The notes under the pieces were generated by a model, which worked only from the letters and a program-made list of their open reading frames with translations, was not told where the DNA came from and did no database searches. This document shows, in pieces, positions 27,402 to 33,014 of a DNA stretch of 33,014 nucleotides. The position numbers were made by a program, and so were the translations under genes. The DNA is taken from assembly GCA_041559215.1 (NCBI GenBank), contig JBFFDV010000001.1:1-33014 (forward strand). Reading direction: 5' to 3'. This DNA is from Anaerolineae bacterium (GTDB lineage Bacteria > Chloroflexota > Anaerolineae > UBA7937 > B3-Chlor). How positions within the stretch are numbered: the stretch's first letter is position 1; each line of letters begins with the position of its first letter.

Positions 27402-27995
27402 CTATTCCCCCCCCAGCTCAAAGCGGGCAAAGCGGCGCACTCTTATATTCTCGCCTAGCTTGGCTATCTTGTCGGTAATCAAATCCCGCACGGCCAAACC
27501 TTCATCTTTGATAAAAGGCTGTTCAAGGAGACAGACCTCTTGATAGTACTTCTGCAGCTTCCCCTCCAAAATCCTCTCAATGATCTCCTCGGATTTGTCT
27601 TCCCCCAGTTGTTCACGCTGCCGCTGCCGTTCCCCCTCCAACACCTCAGGAGGAATGCCTTCTGGAGTGAGGTATTTGGGGTTGGTCGCAGCGACCTGCA
27701 TGGCCAAGTCGTGAGCCAACTCTCCAAAATCTTCAGTGCGAGCCACAAAGTCCGTCTCGCAGTTTAACTCCAGCAAGACCCCTAGCCTAGCTCCCGAATG
27801 TATATATGCCTCCACCAATCCATCATTGGCCTCTCGGTCAGCTTTCTTCGCCGCGATAGCCAACCCTCTCTTCCTCAGAAGCTCCATGGCTTTTTCGATA
27901 TCGCCATCTGCTTCTTCGAGGGCCTTCTTGCAATCCAAGACCCCCGCACCCGTTCGCTGTCGCAAATCCTTTATGCTGTCAATACTGATATCCAT
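27402..27995 (-). CDS. tsf: Translation elongation factor Ts (short form)
   Basis: IKDLRQRTGAGVLDCKKALEEADGDIEKAMELLRKRG, LNCETDFVART. 197 aa. Confidence 0.95.
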   Translation of the reverse strand: MDISIDSIKDLRQRTGAGVLDCKKALEEADGDIEKAMELLRKRGLAIAAKKADREANDGLVEAYIHSGARLGVLLELNCETDFVARTEDFGELAHDLAMQVAATNPKYLTPEGIPPEVLEGERQRQREQLGEDKSEEIIERILEGKLQKYYQEVCLLEQPFIKDEGLAVRDLITDKIAKLGENIRVRRFARFELGGE

Positions 27996-28013
27996 CTACT
28001 TTCCCTCGTCGGT

Positions 28014-28967
28014 TTAGTCTTCCGAATCGAAGCGATCCTCAGCCCCTGAGCTCTCAGAGGCCTCACCTTCCTTCTCCCCCTCAGAATATGTCTCCACCTG
28101 TGGTGGCATATTCTCGTCACTCAAAGACTCCTCAGTCTCTACTGGCACCTCTGCCTGCGATGCCATCTCCTTGCTGGCCAAGAACTCCTCAGCTTCTATG
28201 GGCGCCTCCTCTTCCGCCACATACTCGCCCCACTCCTCCGCCGCCTCCGGCATCTCCTCTTCCTCTTCCGCCAGCAGAGCCTCGCGTATCTGCTGTCCTT
28301 CGATTACCGCATCGGCAAACTTGTTCGCTATCAACTTGATGGCCCTGATGGCGTCATCATTCGCCGGGATGACATAGTCAATCGGTGCAGGATCACAATT
28401 GGTGTCAACCATCGCTATGATAGGAATCCCCAGCTTGTTGGCCTCTTTGACAGAAATGTGCTCCCGCCGAATATCGGTAATGAATAGCATGCTGGGCAAG
28501 CGATACATGTTCTTGATGCCTCCCAGCCTACGATTGAGCTTGGCCACCTCCCGCTCCAGGCCAAGGATCTCCTTCTTAACTAGCTTCTCAAACTCCCCCC
28601 TCTCAAACTTATGTTCCAGGTCAATTAAGTAGTCAATGCGTTGGCGGATGGTGCGAAAGTTAGTCAGAGTACCTCCCAGCCAACGCACGTTGACATAGGG
28701 CATACCACATCTCTGAGCGGCCTCGGCAATGCTCTCTTGCGCCTGTCTCTTGGTACCCACAAACAGCAGCATCCCTCCGCTGCTGATATCGTCCCTGACC
28801 AGCTCATAGGCCTCTTCTAGCCTCTTCACTGTCTGCTGTATATCGATGATGTGGATACCATTGCGCTCAGTGAAGATATAGCCACCCATCTTGGGGTGCC
28901 ATCGCTTTGCACGGTGGCCGAAATGAACACCGGCTTCCAGAAGCTCCCTCATCTCTACTATTGCCAT
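28014..28967 (-). CDS. rpsB: 30S ribosomal protein S2 with an acidic C-terminal extension of about 80 aa
   Basis: [19 protein letters not shown]..., VDTNCDP. The tail is rich in E/D/S ([21 protein letters not shown]...). Confidence 0.95.
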   Translation of the reverse strand: MAIVEMRELLEAGVHFGHRAKRWHPKMGGYIFTERNGIHIIDIQQTVKRLEEAYELVRDDISSGGMLLFVGTKRQAQESIAEAAQRCGMPYVNVRWLGGTLTNFRTIRQRIDYLIDLEHKFERGEFEKLVKKEILGLEREVAKLNRRLGGIKNMYRLPSMLFITDIRREHISVKEANKLGIPIIAMVDTNCDPAPIDYVIPANDDAIRAIKLIANKFADAVIEGQQIREALLAEEEEEMPEAAEEWGEYVAEEEAPIEAEEFLASKEMASQAEVPVETEESLSDENMPPQVETYSEGEKEGEASESSGAEDRFDSED

Positions 28968-29010
28968 TGTTTGTATTGCCTCCTTTGTTTTAAACGTCCG
29001 CCCCCTTCAC

Positions 29011-29064
29011 CCCAAGTGGGAACCTCGTTTGAGCACCAAAGAACGACGGGGCACGACCCACTTG
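29011..29064 (-). promoter_or_regulatory. Long stem-loop in the rpsB 5' UTR (candidate S2 autoregulatory leader)
   Basis: The 9-bp closing stem CCAAGTGGG/CCCACTTGG encloses an imperfect inner helix. It lies between the predicted promoter and the AAAGGAGG RBS of rpsB. Confidence 0.5.
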
Positions 29065-29091
29065 GTCAGGAGGCGTGTTTTTTGTATTATC

Positions 29092-29121
29092 AAGTATATC
29101 ACATAGTCGTCCCACAAGCAA
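29092..29121 (-). promoter_or_regulatory. Candidate rpsB-tsf promoter
   Basis: Minus strand reads TTGCTT, an 18-nt spacer, then TATACT with an extended -10 (TGATATACT). Confidence 0.5.
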
Positions 29122-29139
29122 ATTCGGATGCAGGTTGGG

Positions 29140-29258
29140 CTTGCGCAGCGATTGGGCATAGGCCCCAATATGTAGGACGGAATGAAGGGTGAGGGGACAC
29201 CCTTCGTCAGGCTCAGGCAGGCCCCTCGCGCTCCTCGGGCTTTGGCTGAGCAACGCCA
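29140..29258 (+). repeat. Palindromic repeat family A, copy 2 (long form, central segment in opposite orientation to copy 3)
   Basis: The arms align directly with copies 1 and 3 (cttgcgcagcgattgggcataggccccaat... and ...ctcctcgggctttggctgagcaacgcc). The central ~45 nt matches the reverse complement of the copy 3 centre. Confidence 0.8.
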
Positions 29259-29261
29259 GGT

Positions 29262-29290
29262 TTGAGATTACTCCCAATGTGTGATATACT
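29262..29290 (+). promoter_or_regulatory. Candidate promoter for the Trm112-like gene
   Basis: TTGAGA (29262-29267), a 17-nt spacer, then TATACT (29285-29290) with the same TGATATACT extended -10. It starts immediately after repeat copy 2. Confidence 0.55.
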
Positions 29291-29322
29291 CTAGCTATAA
29301 ACTTTGAACAGGAGAGATAGAG

Positions 29323-29523
29323 ATGATCAGTGATGATTTGTTGGCTATACTAGTGTGCCCTGCCTGCAAGACCAAAGTGGAGCTGGTCAAAGAGACCTGG
29401 CTGGTCTGTACTAATGATGAATGCCGTCGCAAGTACCCCATACGTGATGGCATCCCCATAATGCTGATCGAGGAAGGGGATAAGTATGTTGATGTAGCCG
29501 TCGAGGATCTAGGGACCCCATGA
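29323..29523 (+). CDS. Trm112/YcaR family zinc-ribbon-like protein
   Basis: 66 aa, LLAILVCPACKTKVE...LVCTNDECRRKYPIRDGIPIMLIEE. RBS GGAGAG. Confidence 0.85.
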   Translation: MISDDLLAILVCPACKTKVELVKETWLVCTNDECRRKYPIRDGIPIMLIEEGDKYVDVAVEDLGTP

Positions 29524-29599
29524 GCGAATCGAACATGGGGTATACTCAAGAATCATTTACTAGATCCCAGCAAGACTCAAGCGCAGGAGGTATTCGATA

Positions 29600-29851
29600 A
29601 TGGCAGAGAAAGAGATCGGAAGAGTGACCAATTATTTCTCAAGGATTGGCGTGGCAGTGATCGAGTTGAGTGCGCCCGTGCAACTAGGCGACAAGGTTCT
29701 CATCAAGGGTGGTACTCGAGACTTCGAGCAAACCGTGGAATCCATGCAAGTGGAACACCAGGCCATCGAGAGGGCCGAAGCTGGCCAGGAGATCGCCCTC
29801 AAGGTTGATCAGAAAGTGCGTGTCAATGACATGGTATATAGGGCGGAATAG
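29600..29851 (+). CDS. Small EF-Tu domain-2-like beta-barrel protein (translation elongation factor-like)
   Basis: 83 aa, IGRVTNYFSRIGVAVIELSAPVQLGDKVLIKG...AEAGQEIALKV. RBS GGAGGT. Confidence 0.7.
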   Translation: MAEKEIGRVTNYFSRIGVAVIELSAPVQLGDKVLIKGGTRDFEQTVESMQVEHQAIERAEAGQEIALKVDQKVRVNDMVYRAE

Positions 29852-29998
29852 CAACGGCAACTCAACCGAGGGTGAAGAGCCAGATCCCTCAAGGGAATCA
29901 AGATGGCTAGCAGTCCATGCAGAAGGCAGTAAATAGGGGGCAGGGAAGCAAGTGCCGCTTTCGATGAAGCGAGGCCCGCAGCGCAATGGGAAGACAAG

Positions 29999-30127
29999 TC
30001 ACCTCAATAGATACACCAATTGTGCGATACCAGCGCACAATGCCGCGTAAGACAGAAAGACGAGCGCAACAGCAAGCAATGCCACACCAAATCTGATATT
30101 AGGCGGCCATGCAGAGGGTGCCATCAT
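29999..30127 (-). CDS. Candidate 42-aa single-TM hydrophobic peptide (not in ORF track)
   Basis: My translation: MMAPSAWPPNIRFGVALLAVALVFLSYAALCAGIAQLVYLLR, then stop. GGTGAGG lies 10 nt upstream of the ATG, and the ORF is downstream of a consensus promoter. Its coding status is unproven, because an 8-bp perfect hairpin (30019-30041) lies inside it. Confidence 0.3.
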   Translation of the reverse strand: MMAPSAWPPNIRFGVALLAVALVFLSYAALCAGIAQLVYLLR

Positions 30128-30192
30128 CGCTCATCTACCTCACCATCCATCTCAGAGCTTTCCCCTCGAACAGAAAATCAAAATAATTCAAG

Positions 30193-30222
30193 GAGAGGCG
30201 AGGTCCCGGCACCTCGTCTCTC
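30193..30222 (-). promoter_or_regulatory. Strong 12-bp hairpin in the leader (attenuator/terminator-like)
   Basis: Minus strand reads GAGAGACGAGGT-gccggg-ACCTCGCCTCTC, followed by CTTGAATTATTTTGATTTTCTGTT. It lies between the promoter and the small ORF. Confidence 0.55.
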
Positions 30223-30261
30223 ACTGTGGAGGAAAAAAGGGGAGAAACCCAATCTGCTTCC

Positions 30262-30290
30262 ATTATAACTCATAGGAGACTGCCAGTCAA
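30262..30290 (-). promoter_or_regulatory. Near-consensus sigma-70 promoter firing leftward (away from the OsmC gene)
   Basis: Minus strand reads TTGACT (30285-30290), exactly 17 nt, then TATAAT (30262-30267). Confidence 0.65.
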
Positions 30291-30340
30291 TAGTACAATG
30301 CTCCTATTCTTCTCTATCTAACGCAGTCTGTTAAGGGAAC

Positions 30341-30772
30341 GTGGAGGCAATCGTTACTCAAGTCAAAGTGAAGTGGATAGGAAAAGGACAGTTTGTGGGG
30401 ACCGACAGTGCAAAACATAGTGTAGTCATGTCCACCCAGGACGAGGAGAACGGGATCGGCATGAAGCCCTCGGATTTGCTCCCCGTTGCGTTGGGAGGAT
30501 GTACTGGCATAGACGTGGTCTCCATCCTTAGCAAGGGCCGGCAGAATGTGACGGATCTGGAAATCAACATCACAGCCGAACAGGATCCCAACCCACCATG
30601 GACCTTCCGTAAGATCCATGTGGAGTATACTATTCACGGGAAAGACCTATAGGAGAACGCGATCGAACGCGCTATCAAACTCTCAGAGGAAAAATACTGC
30701 TCAGTCGCTGCCACTGTCTCCAGAGTGGCGGAGCTAACCAGTAGCTTTCGCATTATCGAGGATGAGACATGA
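30341..30772 (+). pseudogene. OsmC/YhfA-family protein interrupted by an in-frame TAG at 30650-30652
   Basis: The 5' part (ALGGCTGIDVVSIL...) stops at TAG. The same frame continues [39 protein letters not shown] to TGA at 30770-30772. That continuation is the canonical OsmC C-terminus and includes the second conserved Cys. Confidence 0.8.
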
Positions 30773-30863
30773 TTTCACACGCCCCGCACCACCCGTTAGA
30801 ATGAAAAGATGGGGGTAATGTTCAACCTCACGTCATCGCTGCGGAGTTCAACAAGGAGATACA

Positions 30864-31649
30864 ATGGGAAAAATCATAGCTGTCGCCGGAAAGGGCGGCA
30901 CCGGCAAGACAATGGTAGCAGCTTTGCTGATAAAATACCTCGTTGATGACAATCGTGGATCGGTGCTGGCCGTAGATGCCGATCCCAGCACAAACCTTGA
31001 CCTCACGCTGGGGATTTCCGTTGAGGAAACGGTTGGCGACATCCGCGAGGAAACGGCGCAAGAAGTGAGCAGTGGAAGCTTCATGCCTGGTATCAGCAAG
31101 CAGGACTACCTGGAACTGCGAATCAACCAGGCGCTGGTCGAGGAAAAAGGTTTCGACCTGCTCGCTATGGGTCGGCCTGAAGGCCCTGGGTGCTACTGCG
31201 CCGCTAATAATATGCTGCGTCACTTCATCGATCAGCTATCCAAGTCCTACGAGTATGTGGTAATAGATAATGAGGCCGGTCTAGAACACCTGAGTCGGCG
31301 CACCACTCAGAATGTTGACCTGTTGCTCATCGTTTCCGATCCTACGATGCGCGGCTTGGCGACCGCAGAACGGGTGGCCGAGTTGATCCACGAGTTGAAG
31401 ACGAGGGTCGGCCATATCCGACTAATCATCAACCGCGTACCGACGAATGAGGACGGGAAAACAATCCTCGCTCGCCAGTTAGAGCAGTTCATAACCGACA
31501 AGCAACTAGGACTAGCGGGCCTGATCCCCCTAGATCCCCTGGTGGCTGAATATGATACCGTGGGCCGTCCTCTGGTCGAGCTGCCAGCCGAGACACCAGC
31601 ACGACGCGCACTGGAAGCCGCCTTTGATTCGCTAAATGGACTGCTTTAG
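30864..31649 (+). CDS. CooC/AcsF-family P-loop NTPase (MinD/ParA superfamily nickel-insertion accessory protein)
   Basis: Deviant Walker A AGKGGTGKT, DADPSTN, CxC motif GCYCAANN, Walker B VVIDNEAGLEH. RBS AAGGAG. Confidence 0.8.
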   Translation: MGKIIAVAGKGGTGKTMVAALLIKYLVDDNRGSVLAVDADPSTNLDLTLGISVEETVGDIREETAQEVSSGSFMPGISKQDYLELRINQALVEEKGFDLLAMGRPEGPGCYCAANNMLRHFIDQLSKSYEYVVIDNEAGLEHLSRRTTQNVDLLLIVSDPTMRGLATAERVAELIHELKTRVGHIRLIINRVPTNEDGKTILARQLEQFITDKQLGLAGLIPLDPLVAEYDTVGRPLVELPAETPARRALEAAFDSLNGLL

Positions 31650-31694
31650 TGCTGGAAACAAGGGGGGGTATCCCCCATAATTTAAGGAGGTACT

Positions 31695-32483
31695 GTGTCT
31701 AAGATAGCTGTGACCGGAAAAGGTGGTGTCGGAAAGACCACCCTAACCACTTTACTAGCTTACACCTATGCTCAACAGGGAAGGAAAGTCATAGTCATTG
31801 ATGCCGATCCCTCCCCCAACCTGGCCTGGGCTCTGGGTTTCCCGCCTGACCTTGCAGCCCAAATAACACCTATCGCTCAGATGGAAGATCTAATCGAAGA
31901 GCGCACCGGTGCCAGGCCCGGTGGCGTCGGCGGTTGGTTCAAGATGAACCCGCAGGTGGACGATATTCCAGACCGTTTCAGCGCCACCAAACATGGCATA
32001 AAACTACTACAACTGGGCACTGTCAAGAAGGGCGGCGCGGGCTGCATCTGCCCTGAAAGCGTCCTTCTGAAGACACTAGTGACTCACCTCTTGCTTGACC
32101 GCTCTGAAGAGATAATCATGGACATGGAGGCTGGTGTGGAGCATTTAGGGCGCGCCACGGCCCAGGCAGTGGATGCTTTCCTCATCGTGGTGGAGCCAGG
32201 GCGCCGCAGCCTGCAGACCGCACAGTTAATTCGATCCCTAGCTCAGGACCTCGGCATCCCTCGCCTATATCTCGTAGGGAACAGAGTGCGTGACGAAAAG
32301 GATCGCCAATTCATCCGCGAGCAGGGCCCTGACCTCCCTATCCTAGGCTTCCTCTCGGATAGCCCTGAAGCCATCGAAGCCGACATGAAAGGCGTGGCCA
32401 TTTTCGAGATGGCCCCCCAGCTAGTGCGCGAGGCCCAGTTCATCGCCGCCCAACTGGATCAGCAACAGAAGACGAGCGGCTAA
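31695..32483 (+). CDS. cooC: CooC-type CO dehydrogenase nickel-insertion accessory ATPase
   Basis: GKGGVGKTT, DADPSPN, GGAGCICPES (CxC), IMDMEAGVEHLGR. Close in layout to characterised CooC1. GTG start behind AAGGAGG. Confidence 0.8.
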   Translation: MSKIAVTGKGGVGKTTLTTLLAYTYAQQGRKVIVIDADPSPNLAWALGFPPDLAAQITPIAQMEDLIEERTGARPGGVGGWFKMNPQVDDIPDRFSATKHGIKLLQLGTVKKGGAGCICPESVLLKTLVTHLLLDRSEEIIMDMEAGVEHLGRATAQAVDAFLIVVEPGRRSLQTAQLIRSLAQDLGIPRLYLVGNRVRDEKDRQFIREQGPDLPILGFLSDSPEAIEADMKGVAIFEMAPQLVREAQFIAAQLDQQQKTSG

Positions 32484-32546
32484 GAGAGACCACCACGCCC
32501 ATCGCTGCATAGTCATCCTCAAGCAAGCTCAAGGTTGAGACATAGA

Positions 32547-32574
32547 GGCCATCACCTCAGTGGTGGCCTTTTTT
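32547..32574 (+). terminator. Rho-independent terminator after the second CooC gene
   Basis: GGCCATCAC-ctca-GTGGTGGCC (9 bp, one G-U pair) followed by TTTTTT. Confidence 0.85.
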
Positions 32575-32579
32575 CATCT

Positions 32580-32715
32580 GTTGCAACAGGCTTGCGCAGC
32601 AATTAGGCGCAAGCCCCAAGATACAGGGGTAGGAGGACACGAGGGGCCTGCCCTGAGCGGAGGCGAAGGAACGCCCCTCGTGCTCCCCGGGCTATTGCTG
32701 AGCAACACCTGCAAC
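32580..32715 (+). repeat. Palindromic repeat family A, copy 3 (long form)
   Basis: Outer arms gttgcaacaggcttgcgcagcaa / ttgctgagcaacacctgcaac. GNRA-capped hairpin GGC-gcaa-GCC. 10-bp stem CACGAGGGGC/GCCCCTCGTG with a 25-nt loop. Confidence 0.8.
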
Positions 32716-32724
32716 TTATTGCAT

Positions 32725-32753
32725 TTGACATGGAATAGCATTTATGCTAGGAT
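32725..32753 (+). promoter_or_regulatory. Candidate fur-family promoter with an embedded palindromic operator
   Basis: TTGACA (32725-32730), a 17-nt spacer, then TAGGAT; a TATAAT follows at 32753-32758. The perfect palindrome TAGCAT-tt-ATGCTA at 32736-32749 sits in the spacer. Confidence 0.5.
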
Positions 32754-32775
32754 ATAATTGCATGAAGGAGGCAGT

Positions 32776-33014
32776 ATGAGCCACCACGACGAAATAATGG
32801 AAGCGTTGCAAGGGATAGGATACCGACTGACCCCTCAACGCATGATGATTCTGGAAGCGATCGCTGATAGCGATGGGCACATCAGTGCTGAAGAGATTCA
32901 TGAGAAAGTTCGGGTGGCCTACCCATACCTCGATATTTCTACCGTATACCGCACGCTAGACTTGCTGAAAACCCTGCATCTGGTAAGCGAAACGGACATG
33001 GGTCTAGGCCACTC
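32776..33014 (+). CDS. Fur-family metalloregulator (Fur/Zur/PerR/Nur), 5' part, runs off the window
   Basis: ATG behind GAAGGAGG. My translation is MSHHDEIMEALQGIGYRLTPQRMMILEAIADSDGHISAEEIHEKVRVAYPYLDISTVYRTLDLLKTLHLV..., a typical Fur winged-helix N-terminus. Confidence 0.85.
   Translation, partial: MSHHDEIMEALQGIGYRLTPQRMMILEAIADSDGHISAEEIHEKVRVAYPYLDISTVYRTLDLLKTLHLVSETDMGLGH

Noticed and set aside
28088-28377. Plus-strand ORFs of 83 and 68 aa rich in Pro/Ser/Ala
   Set aside because: They are antisense to the acidic low-complexity tail of rpsB.
30020-30268. 82-aa plus-strand ORF in the 29852-30340 gap
   Set aside because: Its composition is basic and low-complexity, and it has no RBS. 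It overlaps the opposite-strand promoter, hairpin and small ORF, which carry better signals.
30650-30652. TAG reassignment or pyrrolysine as an explanation for the in-frame stop in the OsmC gene
   Set aside because: TAG terminates other genes in the window at the expected protein ends (e.g. at 419, 9595, 22461, 25259). No pyl genes are visible.

Overview
This is a bacterial chromosomal segment. Almost every gene from 419 to 28967 is on the minus strand, and genes from 29323 onward are on the plus strand. Split gcvPA/gcvPB, a short EF-Ts, lipoproteins with very long Pro-rich tethers and frequent GTG/TTG starts suggest a Chloroflexota-like monoderm lineage; this is inference only. Content from left to right: (1) A peptide/nickel-type ABC importer supercluster sits in two halves: SBP-permease-permease at 419-4656 and ATPase-ATPase-ATPase-permease-permease at 9595-15648. 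The halves are separated by a transglutaminase-like membrane protein and an uncharacterised repeat-containing membrane protein. (2) An ECF sigma factor with a small downstream ORF. (3) gcvH-gcvPA-gcvPB. (4) A run of Nudix hydrolase, triple-LysM lipoprotein, a 66-aa leader-peptide-like protein, a macro-domain protein and a 7TM-GAF-HTH membrane regulator. (5) The conserved rpsB-tsf-pyrH-frr-uppS-cdsA housekeeping block. (6) On the plus strand: Trm112-like protein, a small EF-Tu-domain-2-like protein, an OsmC-family gene interrupted by an in-frame TAG, two tandem CooC-type ATPases, and the 5' part of a Fur-family regulator. No rRNA, tRNA, CRISPR array, transposase or integrase was recognised. Two dispersed intergenic repeat families were not explained by the ORF track. 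Family A has three copies of a roughly 95-135 nt long imperfect palindrome, and its central segment is inverted between copies. Family B has two inverted copies bracketing the SBP-permease operon, one of them at the window edge. A consensus promoter with a structured leader and a 42-codon hydrophobic ORF lies at 29999-30290. No complete, clearly novel multi-gene system could be proven from sequence alone. The best candidates are listed as findings with explicit tests.
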